A stretch of DNA of 64,000 bases, taken from the NCBI RefSeq assembly GCF_028641065.1, contig NC_073404.1, forward strand, positions 13,950,001 to 14,014,000, written 5' to 3'. A program made the position numbers and the translations under genes. The notes under the pieces were generated by a model, which made no database searches, was not told the origin of the DNA, and was given only the letters and a program-made list of their open reading frames with translations. Positions 13,301-24,700 of the stretch are shown piece after piece (position 1 is the stretch's first letter; each line of letters begins with the position of its first letter). The DNA comes from Leucoraja erinacea. Taxonomy: Eukaryota.

Positions 13301-15166
13301 AGCTGACAGTGAAGTGTTGTTCCCCCATCTTGTGTTGGAACAGATAGGTCTGAGTGGGAATAGGATAGTGCATTGAAATAGAAAACCCTACAATCTGACC
13401 ACAGGTGCTCCACAAACTGATTTCTCCAGTGTAGAGATCACAGTGTTGCACACTAGAGTGGAAAAGTGCAATTTAATTGCTGCTTTGCTTGGAAAGACTG
13501 TTTGGGCCCCTGGATGGTTGGAAGGGAAAGATGAAACAGTAGGTATTGTATCTTGTATGGGAAGAATGCTATCAGAGGGGTGAAATAGGTGGGAACGGAA
13601 GAACACATAAGTGAAGTGAGAAGAGGAAAGATCCCTTCAAAATGCAAAAATAGTGGTTAGGAGGGGAAATGCGCCTGGCTCTGGAATCTTATTGCAGTGG
13701 TGGAAAAGGATAGATGCAGAGTCTGGTGGATTGGGAGGTGGAAACTAGAGGAACCCAATCCTAGCTCTGTCCAGGAGAAGAACAGAGCAGCCTCCTGCAC
13801 TATTAGAGCAAGATTTGAGTAACAACACCTCAATTTTGTCTGGGCATTTTACTGCCTTGGGGACTCAGTGTTGAATTCTGCAACTTCAAGTAACTTGCCA
13901 GTAGCAACACCGGTCCTTTTTGCTGTAAGTCATGCATCTGTGATATTGACTTTTTTTTCTCTCCATTGGCATCGCCTGATCTGTGGGCTGGACCTACAGT
14001 CCTGCATTTTGCTTTTTTTTTTAAATGCTCCTTTGTTTGTTTGCTCACTCTAATTGCCCAGATTAACCTATTGGGGGATGATTTATAAACCTCTCCGCAT
14101 GGCAAACCTAGTCCTCTATTCTGTCTACCCTTTCCCACATATCCAATTTAAAACTTACCGTAACTTTTCTATCTTTTCCAGTTCTGATGAAGGAATTTCA
14201 AACTCTTCTTCCGTCCCCACCTGTTGCTCCCCTCTGATAGCATTCTTCCCAAACTCTGTTTCTCTTTCAATAGTTACTGCTGTCTACTGAGTATTTTCTG
14301 AATCTGTGGATTTTATTTTATTTTAATTTTATGATTTAATGGAGGTTCCTTTGTTCCTGATGACTCCACAATCAACTGCTCTGACAGTATAGATCTCTGC
14401 ATAGAGTTTGTTGGCTTATGAAAATACTTCATATGTTGGCCGGAAAAAAAATCCACTTCATCCTTCCCCGTTTCAAACCATCTCTAATCTTCCCTTCTGA
14501 TATTTTTACTATCTTCAGTTAAAATTAAGGTGACCTTAACTTAAACCAAAAAAACCCTGCAAAATGTTGGAGTAACTCAGCGGGTCAGACAGTATCTCTG
14601 CAGAACATGGATAGGTGAATTTTGAGTTGCCCGAAACTGTACCTTTCCATGTTCTCTTGAGCTGTTGTCTGACCTGCTGAGTTACTCTAGCACTTTGTAA
14701 AGTAAACCAGCAACTTCAGTTCCTCGTGTCCACCTTAAGCCAGGATAGCAATTAAATTGTATGTAATTGCAGCGTGCTCTCAGTCTTGGTTGTTCTTGTA
14801 GTCCTCCTCTAGCTTTCTTTGCTATTCCATCCCAAACATCACATGGGCAGCATGAGGAAGCAGGGTGCTTAATACGTGAGGGGATGGAAGCTTGCCACAG
14901 GTTAATGAGAATGTGGAAGTGAGGTTGCAGTGAGATCAGTGACTAGATGGTGGAACAGGCTCAAATGGCTGAGAAGCCTACTGCTGCTGCTGATTCATGG
15001 AATTGTATGCTGGCAATCATGCAAAAAAACTATCAGTTACCCCAGCAACATGCTTTTGTTTCTCATCGGCAGGAAAGCTATTTTTGATATTCCTGAAGAG
15101 GATCCCAACTACAACCCACTGCCTGAGGACCGGCCTGGGGGCTTCAACTGGGGCGAGGGGCACTGA
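407..15166 (+). CDS. DERL2: Derlin-2 (ERAD rhomboid pseudoprotease), exons 2-7; exon 1 lies upstream of the window
   Basis: Exons 407-472 ([22 protein letters not shown]), 1066-1139 ([24 protein letters not shown]), 1368-1461 ([24 protein letters not shown]), 3962-4157 ([28 protein letters not shown]...IIVDLL), 12623-12713 ([21 protein letters not shown]), 15073-15166 ([30 protein letters not shown]). All have AG/GT boundaries and compatible phases. Near-identical to recalled vertebrate DERL2. First stop is TGA 15164-15166; the ancestral stop TAG is at 15176-15178. Confidence 0.96.
1140..1367 (+). other. U12-type (minor spliceosome) GT-AG intron, DERL2 intron 3
   Basis: 5' splice site GTATCCTTT at 1140; branch point CCTTAAC at 1347-1353, close to the AG at 1366-1367, with no long polypyrimidine tract. 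Confidence 0.92.
1462..3961 (+). other. U12-type GT-AG intron, DERL2 intron 4
   Basis: 5' splice site GTATCCTTC at 1462; branch point TCCTTAAT at 3944-3951; acceptor CAG ending at 3961. Confidence 0.9.
1983..3721. mobile_element. Non-autonomous foldback DNA transposon with about 780-810-bp inverted arms
   Basis: Termini ggctgtgggcc / ggcccacagcc flanked by TA (1981-82, 3722-23). The left arm 1983-2793 is largely the reverse complement of the right arm 2950-3721. CpG-rich spacer 2794-2949; (CATT)n tracts in both arms. Confidence 0.85.
4552..6008 (-). mobile_element. Penelope-like retroelement, 5'-truncated (RT C-terminal part, GIY-YIG remnant, pLTR)
   Basis: Minus [31 protein letters not shown]...[11 protein letters not shown] (PLE RT motifs). 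10-bp TSD TAATTCTACT at 4542-4551 and 6009-6018 interrupts a CR1 tail. Confidence 0.88.
4609..4637 (-). ncRNA. Minimal type-I hammerhead ribozyme-like motif in Penelope pLTR
   Basis: Reverse complement cagtCTGAAGAagggtctcgacccGAAAc = CUGANGA core, stem II (GGGT/ACCC), GAAA. The cleavage-side ACGTC is mutated to ACTTC in this copy. Confidence 0.6.
7683..9558 (-). mobile_element. L1-clade LINE, 5'-truncated, frameshifted ORF2 C-terminus
   Basis: Minus ORFs [34 protein letters not shown] and MFWSCPKL (preceded by a His codon; L1 C-terminal Cys/His motif). 16-bp TSD TGTTATTTAAAATTTT at 7667-7682 and 9559-9574. Confidence 0.9.
9641..11006. repeat. 452-bp near-perfect dispersed direct repeat (9641-10092 and 10555-11006)
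   Basis: The two copies differ at about 2 positions seen by eye. The first copy is bracketed by a 30-bp direct repeat (9608-9637, 10090-10119). Confidence 0.92.
10316..10350 (+). repeat. (AAT)n microsatellite
   Basis: About 11 AAT units. Confidence 0.9.
11336..11435 (+). mobile_element. HE1/V-SINE-type tRNA-derived SINE fragment
   Basis: ggtggcgcagc...gacccagggtgcaatcctgacc...gtgtggagtttgcacgttctc (A/B boxes plus V-domain core). Other copies lie near 46520-46600 and 48905-49235. Confidence 0.65.
12920..14300. mobile_element. Degenerate Penelope-like fragments in both orientations
   Basis: Diverged similarity to the Penelope copies at 4552-6008 and 35886-38225; no intact ORF. Confidence 0.5.
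14560..14700. mobile_element. Penelope pLTR-derived foldback element
   Basis: ggagtaactcagcgggtcagacag ... ctgacctgctgagttactct inverted arms around a degenerate hammerhead remnant (cccgaaac). Confidence 0.65.
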
Positions 15167-15628
15167 CTTGGAGGCTAGCCATGAACAACTGCCAGCCGCA
15201 CACTCTCTTTACAACCTCGGAGGACATACCTGTTCTCTTTTGCCTCTGACTGCTTGCCATGGTTCATTTCCAAATATACAACTTTGCAGATTGCCAATGA
15301 CCATCTATCAGCACCTCCTGTGTGATGGATACCTGCCTTTTTCAAAGGTGTATTACAATTGGCCATCAGTGCCTATGCCTATTATACTGGAATAGCTGAT
15401 ACTTTCAATGAGGTCTGCGCCATGGAACTGGACATCTGCGATTCTCATGAATTGTTCTGCAGAAGATCAAATATCTGAGGTTACAGTCAAATGTGTGGCC
15501 ATAATTTTTATATAATTTTTTTATCAACAGCCTCTGACTGGTGTCAGACTTGGCTACTGTAAGTATTCTTTGGCAATGAAATCGGAATTCAACCATCAAA
15601 CTCACTGATTCTTGACATTAAATTACTG

Positions 15629-15634
15629 AATAAA
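15629..15634 (+). terminator. Candidate DERL2 polyadenylation signal
   Basis: AATAAA about 460 nt after the stop codon, with ATTAAA at 15617-15622. Confidence 0.45.
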
Positions 15635-15924
15635 AAGCCAACTGATGGAGCATTTGGTCTGTATTAACACAGTACTACATTGGTTTTCCATAGAACAAGT
15701 ACAATCCACATCAGCAATCTTTCAATCGGTGTATTTTGTCAAACTGAACTACCTGCAGCATAATCCTGCATTTATGATTCAGATGAAATGAGATTATTAG
15801 CAATGTTAAACAGACTAATCCATTACTGGCATCAGATGACTTTTAACTTAACTAAGTATACTTAGAGCTGTTTTAGATGATTACCCAGTGGTGGTCTGAG
15901 TTTATCATGTGTAGTTATTTTGTC

Positions 15925-16240
15925 AGTTTTCGCTCAGTTGGCAGATCTTCTGTCTGAGAGAGATTGATGTGGGTTCAAACCCCACACCAGAGATCAAATG
16001 ATCTTCAAAGCAATATTAAGAGAGAATCATGCAGTGGAAACTGCCATTTCTCAATTGAGACATTAAACTGTTTGTTCTTTCAAGTCAATATGTAAGATGA
16101 CAAGGTAATATTTCAAAGAGGTGCAGAGGCTTTTCCTGGAAGTAAGTTATTCCCTAATGGGCTTCACTAAGTGGATTTTCTGATCATTTATCACCCTGCT
16201 GTTCGTGAGACATTCTTGTGTTCTAGTTTCCGCATAAAAT
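15925..16240 (+). mobile_element. Deu-domain SINE (SacSINE1-like), degenerate
   Basis: tRNA-like head gctcagttgg...gtgggttcaaacccc followed by Deu-like gccatttctcaattgagacattaaac. Related pieces at about 16860-17185 and 11465-11580. Confidence 0.55.
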
Positions 16241-19200
16241 GCTTTCAGTGCCCTATTTTTGTTAACTTACCCATGGTTGGATCAAGATAGAATATATTTC
16301 CTTGTTATATGTCAGATAAGGTGGATGGATTCACACTGTATATGAACTGTGCTGGTTAGTGTGAAGTGTGTAAATTGGAAGGCAATATGTATTTTTAAAC
16401 ATCTTCCATTAATTTATTCTACATTATTTTGCAACATACAGATGTAAAGGTACATCTCAACAACCTTTACAAATACGCTGCTTCAGTTAACCCCCATTCA
16501 GGTCATAGCTCTGCGTTCACAATTTCCGTCACAGCTGACAAATTCCATATTTGAGGTACCCAACCTCCTTGTTTAAGAGGTGGGAGTTTTCCAGATCCTG
16601 GCAAACAGAAAAGGAAATGGCATAAGCTGCAGGATGGTGATGGCAGAGGAACTGTTATATGACTGGAATCTTGAAATAGCACAGAGAGACTGGTAGAGCG
16701 GGGACTAGGTATTCTGAGTGTTAGTTTGCTGCTGGACAGCAGATAGACCAACCTCTGGTAGTAGAGCACAGGTGAAATCATGCCGGATACTGGGAAAGAG
16801 AGCTGGAGGTTGGGGGAAAAAAACTTTCCACCAATATTTCACTGAGAGCCGAGGCTTAGAGGTTGCACTCATGTCCGAGTCTGAGGTTCTGCTTCAGAAA
16901 TTTGAAATCACAGCATGGGCTGCCTGTGATGCAGTAACTGGGGTCTGCAGGCTATCAAGGTTGCTCATCCTGTTTGCTCTCTTAGCTGGACACAAGTCCT
17001 ATGTCACTATTTGAAAGATGAGTGAAAATGTTCCCAGTATCTAGTCAATATTTGTAGCTTTGGAAACATCAAGAGCTTGTGTAAGCCTGTGCACAGACTG
17101 ACTGCCACATTTTCTACTTGATTCTTGGCTGCTGGCAGGTTCTGAGGCTGTGGAAGGACACTTTATATAATGCAAGCTCTTTTATATGTCTAACCCTCTA
17201 CTCTCTGACTAGATGAGTAAATTCAGTTCTGAAGTTATGCAATGCAGCCCCCACAGCCACTGAGGAGGCTGAACCATGTGTTACTTTTGTGTTACCAGTA
17301 TTTATTGTCATGGGTACTGGTTAATTTCCTAAATTCCCAATGAAAAGTCAATTAATTCATTATCAGGTGAACTTGGTAAACCTGAGGCAGCATTCAGTCT
17401 GACTCGGGGAGAGCTCAGCAATCCCAGCTGGCAGGGGTACAGGTTGCCAGTCACTCGTGGACTTCAGTTATGCCTGATAGATTTGGATTGTAATCCTAAT
17501 TTGATGTACCCAGTGAGTTAACATCTAATCAGATAGTCTTATCCAGAGTTTCTCTCTCCCCACTACACAAACTTTATAATTGTAAAACCCTTCATGGCTC
17601 TTGGGTTTCAGTTTCACCATTCATTGAGCAGGGGGGCACAGGTTAGACCCCCTGCCACTGCTTTGCTGTCTGATTTCAGCACCCAGCCCTGTCTGAGCCA
17701 TGGTTTGATGCATCTGATGGAACTAGACCAGGCTTAGCTTGTCAGAACCAATCAGCTGCATGATTAATGGCCTCCATGATATTGCACAGTGCCCCATAAC
17801 CAATGCCTTCGTACCTCTTTGTTTTGTTCCTGGCTACCTCATGAAGCTGAAGGGAGGGTACTGTCTGTGTCCCTGAGACTCATCCTGGCAGCCCGTGCCA
17901 CCAAACCTCATCACCATGTGCTTGGGTACCTTTGGAGGTAATTGGCAAGGTGTGGGTATCACTGTGGATCTGGAACCATTCTTCAGACCTGTTGCCCGGC
18001 ACCAATGGGCCTGACCCATAGATCAGTATAAAAGATTGAATCCTTTTAACCAATTTACCATTTTACAAAATCTATATCTGGCAAAAGTATTCAGATATTT
18101 TTGATCATAAAATGTGATTTCCCACAACAATTGTATTGTGAAGCCATCAGGTGTAATTCTGCTTCCATTTGCACCATGTTGACTGATTATTTATAGAAAC
18201 CTACACTCTGTAACATTTCGCATTCAACCTTTTTGTGATGTTTAACAACAGTTTCATATTTTTTATTCTGATGCTCATCAATTTATGGAAAACCTTGTGA
18301 TAGAAATTAAATAATTTTTGTTCATCTTTCTCTTCAATTCTTCTGTAAATATCCTTTCCCAGCCTTGCCTGGCTTGCATATCATCTCCCTGAGGCGTAGA
18401 GATTGAAGACAGCATCTGTGGGGGGGTGGGGGGGGGGGGAGAGAAATGAAACAAATCAGTAAGTTCACAGAAATCTTTCTGAGGGAGAAATAGCAAAAAT
18501 CTCCAGATACTGTAAACCTTGAATAACAACTGAAAATACTGGAAAAGTTCAGCAAATTAGAATTGGGAACTTTACAAAACAGATTGTTTTAGGTTTCAAA
18601 GAGGAGGGGAAAGTTAAAGGAATGTCAATGATAGATAGACACCATGGGAAAGTGGATGATGGGGAATGGTATTAACTGCAAGAGGATGACAATGGCATGT
18701 TAATGTTAGCTAGGTAGACAAAAATGCTGGAGAAACTCAGCGGGTGAGGCAGCATCTATGGAGCGAAGGAATAGGTGACGTTTTGGGGCGAGACCCTTCT
18801 TCAGACTGGTTAGTATATCTTTGTAACAACATTTCCCAACTCTGAAATTCCATTGACCTGAAAAAGTAACCCTATTTCTCTCTCCACAGATGCTGCAAAA
18901 CCTACGGTGTATTTCCAGCATTTTCTGTTTTTATTTGGAAAACAGACCTCTGTCAATATGTAGAAATTTCCCCGAAGGAGAAGATTGATAGTCAAATTAC
19001 AAACAACACCCCATCTTTTGAGTCAATATGTCAAAGTTTCATGTCCCGCTCCAGAAGTTCAAACAGAAATTCTAGACTGACACTATTGGAGATACTGTAA
19101 TTGAATTAAAAAGTAAAACTGAGGCCTGGTTTGCAGTGGGGAAGAAACTCCTTTTAAATCTGGACATCAGGTTTTCAGGTTTTTGTATTTTCTCCCAGGA

Positions 19201-19844
19201 GATATAAGAGAGAAAAACATAATGACCAGATATTCTTGATGATACTTCACTGTGGTTCAAGGGATATAGAGACTCCTAGCATAGTTCAGGCATGCCAGAA
19301 AGCCTGGATCTTAAGGTGCCGTAACATTTAGAATAAATCTGGTATATCGGGCCTCGCACTTCCAAAATTTGTTGCATGATGACAGTAACACTAATTCAAA
19401 ATAGGGTATTAGCTATAAGACTTTTGAGGACTCCTAAGATTGTGGAAGATGCTATCCCCCCACTTGCCTGAGAGATATGGGCCAAACACAGACAGGTGGG
19501 ACGAGTGTAGATTGGACATGTTAGTCTGTGTGGGCAAAAGGGCCTGTTTGCACACTGACTAATATTGTGAAAGCTGCTATTAGCAAGTCATCGTCTACTG
19601 TTTCTATCATGTAGGTATAGGGATGATAAAGTAAATATCACTTTTCAATTCAGTGCTAGGGCAGTGCTCATTCTTCTGAGTATATTTCACTCTCTGGCCA
19701 CTCTATAAAGATGGGGAATATGGCCTGATTCCACTGTGAAGCATTGGCAATAGTTACATGTACTCAAGGCCCTGTTCAGAGAGAGAGAGAGAGAGAGAGA
19801 TATGTCAACTTGCCTTTGAAACCATCTTCCTGTCTGTTCAAGTC

Positions 19845-20200
19845 AAGTCAAGAGAGTTTATTGTCATGTGGCCCAGATAGGACAATGAAATTCTTGCTTG
19901 CTGCAGCACAACAGAATATTGTATATTGTATTCTATAAGCATAAATACAGAACAGTTCAGTGTGTCTATATAGCATAGACCACACATATCCACATAAATA
20001 AACAGATAAAGTGCAATGGGCTGTTACAGTTCAGAGTCTGTTAGCGAGTTTAATAGCCTGATGGCTGTGGGGAAATAGCTGTTCCTGAACATGGATGTAC
20101 CAGATTTCAGGCTTCTTTACCTTCTATCCGATGGTAACGGAGAGATGAGTGCGTGGCCAGGATGGTGTGGGTCCTTGATGATGTTTGCAGCCTTTTTGGA
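19845..20200 (-). mobile_element. Rex1/Babar-type LINE 3' end
   Basis: Highly similar to 52757-53110 (caagtcaagagagtttattgtcatg...tttaatagcctgatggctgtgggga). Confidence 0.65.
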
Positions 20201-20209
20201 ATTATGTTG

Positions 20210-20990
20210 GCAGTCTTTGGAATTATGGCAAAACACATGGAACCCAACCCAACCGAATGCTCAATTATGGTAATTTCAAACAAGAAGAAACCACCTACTC
20301 GAGACTACGTCCTCTGTGGACAAGTACTTAATTGTACAATTTCACAACCATACCTTGTTCATCTTGATAGCAAACTTTCGTGGTGGAACACGTGGACAAA
20401 ATGGTCACTAAAGCTAACCGGACACTAGGATTCCTTAGACGAAACCTCTGGTTCTGCCCAAAGGAAGTGAAAACCACAGCATATACAACTTACTGGAATA
20501 CGCTTCATGCACCTGGGACCCATACAAAACTGGTCATATCAACAAACTAAAAGGGGTACAGAGGAAAGCAGCACGTTTTTGCATCGGGAACTACAATAGA
20601 GGTAGCAGTGTTACCCGGTAGCAATGCTGTCCGACCTGGAGTCAGAAACGCTGGAAACAAGAAGGGTAAGGAACAGACTAGCCATGTCGTACAAGATTCA
20701 AAAGTGGATAGTGGGCATAACTGCAGATAGATACATAACATACTCAACAGAAAGGAGAACAAGAAAGATAAATTATATGCAAATAGAAACCCCATTCGCC
20801 AGGACAGATATTTATAAAAACTAATTCTTTGTAAGAATCTTAAGGGAATGGAATAAACTAGACAACATAGTCAAATCACCTTCACTAGACAGTTTTAAGG
20901 GGGAACTGACAGCATGTTAGTGTGCACAACACATCCAAGTTGGCGATATGCAGAGTACTGCTTTGCCGACTACAAATTCAGAAGGATCTG
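20210..20990 (+). mobile_element. Degenerate non-LTR retrotransposon 3' ORF2 fragment of a distinct family
   Basis: Broken frames read LGFLRRNLWFCPKEVKTTAY, LEYASCTWDPYK...VQRKAARF and LETRRVRNRLAMSYKI, which are post-RT motifs of CR1/RTEX-like LINEs. Confidence 0.65.
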
Positions 20991-21129
20991 ACCCAGCACA
21001 TGGTATTTTGGTGAAGATTGAAACATTTACATTCCCTTTAGTCCACTTAAACCATTGGACCCAGCAGTTTATGAACAAAGCCACAGATGTTGCTCTTTCC
21101 CTTCGTATTTGCTTCACAGGATGCTCGGC

Positions 21130-21760
21130 TCCTCCCTCCCTCCCTCCGCCCCCTCTGTCTGCGACAGGTGCACAGTCGCCTCCAAAGATTATAGGAGAGC
21201 TCTTCCCTCCAGATCAGTCTCCAACCAGCCCTAGCACTGGTTATCCCAGTGACCAGGGCGCTGGGCTCAGGCTGTCCGCCGGCTCATTAACCGAGGCCCT
21301 GTCGTTGCTGTGACCCCGGCCTGGGCTAAGGAGGCCGCGGGGCGACCGGGGCTCTGGGCCGGAGGTTGCCGGGGCCGCATGGCTTCATGCTGGAGTGGAC
21401 CGGCGGGTTGGCGCCTGCTCGGCCTCCGCTGCTGGGGGCTGCGGGAGGCGGCTTCCCCGCGTCGGGGGCTGCGAGAGGCGGTCTCTCCGGGTCGAGCGGT
21501 ACTGGAACGGGACGAAGGCCCGACTGTCCGCTACATGGGGAAGGGCCGTAGGAAGAGCCGCGTGTTCGTGTGGGGATTCGCCCACACCGGGGCCCTGGGC
21601 CTCCCCGACGCAGCACGCCTGAGAGCGGCGAGTATGCAACTGAGGCCGCACCGCCTGGAGCCGGAGCCGGAGCCGCGGGTGAGAGGCCGAAGGTGTCGGT
21701 GAGGTGGAGGGGAAAGGCCGGGCCTGAGGCAGACGGTGGGTCTGACCCACGTGAGGCGGG
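21130..21760. promoter_or_regulatory. CpG island / RCC1L promoter and first exon
   Basis: Abrupt GC- and CpG-rich stretch against an AT-rich background. Confidence 0.75.
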
Positions 21761-24700
21761 GTTAGGGGAAGGGGTGTGATCCTGGGATAAGGAGTAGTTC
21801 TGGTCTGGGGGCGAGAGGGTCAATGGATCTGGTCTGGGGATGGGGTTAGAGGCTGGTCTGGCCCTGGGGTGAGGGTATGGGGCCTCATTGTTAGTGTGCT
21901 GCTCTGGCCATGTCCTTCTACATTCTTCATTGAACTAGGGCTGATATATCAGGCCATAAGGTTAGATTGTGATAGTGTATGTTGCTGCCTATGGTCCACA
22001 GTGCATAATGGATCGGCAGTTTTAAGCTAAGTGATCTGTCATATGACTATCCCATTTGGCACAGCAATGGTCTCACAACATGTTGATAGACATCCTGATT
22101 AAATCTCTCGTTTCCCTTATCTCTAACCAGCCTGAAGATTCACCCATTCCGTCTCCCCAGAGATACTGCCTGTCCCGCTGAGTTACTCCAGCTTTTTGTG
22201 TCTGTCCTTTCTGTGAAGATGGATTTTGTCTCCACAAGAACTGTGCAGGTGTTATTCAACAGGTGATGATGACGTCAGTTAGGTTTACCTGGTTTATTAG
22301 TTCACTTTGTTGCAGGTAAAGTTTGACAGCGGTCTCCCTCAGGATTTGGCCAGGGCCACAATAAGGTAGGTAGAGAGATCAGAACTACACTCTTAGATTA
22401 TGAGAGGTTTGTTCAGTAGTCTGATAACAGCAGGGGAAGAAGTTGTTCCTGAATATGGTGGCATGTGCTTTCAAGCTTTTGTATCTTCTACCTAATGGGA
22501 GAGGGAGGGTGAAAGAGATAATGACCAGCGTGTGAGTGGTCCTTGATAAGTCCTTGTGCAGAGCAGTTGCTAAACTAAGCTGTGTGCATCCTAATAGGTT
22601 GCTCTTTTGGTGGAACATCCGCAGAAATTGATAAGAGTCATTCGAGACATGCCGAATTTCCGAATTCTTCTGAGAAAAAATGGTGGGTGTGCTTTCTTGG
22701 CCGTAGCAACAGTGTGTTTGAACCAGGACAAATTGTTGAACTTGGTACGTGCATGATATAAGTATTCATCACACAAACAATGTTTTTTTTTTCCATGTAA
22801 CAGATCGCCTCTGCTGCCTGTGGCTATGGATTCACTTTGCTGGCTTCACAAACCACTGACATTACCAAGGTCTGGGGAATGGGCCTGAACAGCGATTCTC
22901 AGATTGGATTTCATAGGAGCCGGCAGGACAGGAGTGAGTATCTTCTTGACTAGTCTATGGGGCGGCTCCCCCAATTTTGACGAGAGCTTCCAGCGTTTTT
23001 CGATTGGAGACACGAGGAACTGCAGATTCTGATTTGCAAGAAAAATCATTCACAGTGCTAGAGTAAATCAGCGGGCCAGACAGTACTTCTGGAGAAGATG
23101 GACAGGCGATGCTTCAGGTCGGGACCCTTCTTCAGTCTGAAGTCTGTCCATATCCTCCAGCGATGGCCTGCTGAATTACTCCACCACTTTGTGTGAGCAT
23201 TTTCTGATTTTTGTAATGATTTTATTATTTGTTTCAGCTAAGGGTTATGAATACATCCTGGAACCCTCCCCAGTCCCATTGCCACTGGAAAAGCCTCAGG
23301 AAACACGAGTGCTGCAGGTGTCGTGTGGGAGAGCACACTCTCTGGTGATGACGGATAATGAAGGAGGTTTGGACTGTTCTTTTCACCTAAGCACATTTGC
23401 CTCTGTTCTCTTTACATAATCCAAAAAGTTAATAACTAATCCAATATATGTTCCCTTTAAAACTTTGGCTGTGTTTCATTTTTTTCATTTGGGGTTATTT
23501 GATGGAAGAATTAATTGTTATCATCAATGTAATAGTTGAAGGGGACAGAATTACTTGACCACATTAGGAAGGAAGTGCCACCTTCAGTTCCACCCGCAGC
23601 CATTTCAGCTGCCTTGTCAAGGATTGCCGTCTATTGATAAGGATTGCCGTCTATTGGCAACCTTAAATAACTTAATAACTTGAATAACCTTGAACAACTG
23701 CTGATGGTCACAGTCTCCTGAGCAGCAGTGAGTCTCATTGCCTGGATGCTTCACTGACAAGGACGGCTGACTATGGACACCTCGTATTGCAAGAGAAATA
23801 CTAGCATTGCTGTCTGTCTAAATCAGTGGGCAGAGGGTTCTGGGTCCAGCAGGAATCGGGGAGGACAGTGGTGGGTGAGAGGAAAGTTGTCAGGCTGAAA
23901 GTTTTTAGGTGAGGTGTTGATTAGTTTTGAGTGCTTCACAGATAGGCACTATTATTTATTGAATTTGGGGGTGTCGTGTGCTAGTGCAGAGCTACCTTGT
24001 CTTATCCTAACATGTGTTAACTTTGTCACACCTTGATATTCTTCTGATGAAGTTTTGCAAACTGCTTTTAGAACTAATAAAGTGAAACTTTTTTTCAGTA
24101 TTCAGTTTGGGGAACAATGCGTATGGACAGTGTGGAAGGAACATTGTGGACAGTGAGATTTATAGGTAAGATGCCTTTTGAATCGGATCAGAAATTTCTA
24201 ACAACTCAATCTGGCTATTGTAGAATCGTAGGCACCTATGACGCAAAAGCGGTCATTCTGACCGTCGTGTTCATTGGCTTAAGATATTGAGCTATTTGAG
24301 TTAACCCCACTGCCTAGTTGTTTCTTCCTATAACATCTTTCCTCCTGTGCACAGTATGAAGGCCAACAGTGACAGGTATACAAGGACCCGATTACTTTGT
24401 AAATCAACAAATATCCCCCACTCTTTCATACTTTCAGAAATACTATACCTTTTTTTTTCAACCAAAGTGTTAACCTCTTTGATAATTTGTGAGCAAACCA
24501 GAATTATCCACCTGACAGTGCTGCGGGGTTTGGAATTTTGGTTTTGTGAACTGCCAAGCTGTGGCATTTCTTGACTTTGTCATTTGTTTCCTCCTTTGGA
24601 ATTCTCCCACCAGCAATTTGCTGTGCAAATGGTCCTCACAGTTATCTGGTCTTTGGCACCATTTCATTGATATTTTTGGATACCTCTTAAATGTCACCAG

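Noticed and set aside
15164-15640. Selenocysteine recoding of the DERL2 TGA (its partners SELENOS and SELENOK have C-terminal Sec)
   Set aside because: The position is a conserved Arg, not Cys. ATGA-containing stems in the 3' UTR (about 15297, 15407, 15446) lack a convincing GA quartet with an AA loop by eye. A SECISearch run would settle it.
21310-21823. Several overlapping ORFs on both strands at the RCC1L 5' end
   Set aside because: These are by-products of a stop-poor CpG island; only the frame from ATG 21379 splices into RCC1 repeats.
23618-23700. 20-bp tandem duplication (aaggattgccgtctattg) followed by short aataac repeats
   Set aside because: Ordinary slippage-type intronic duplication with no further structure.
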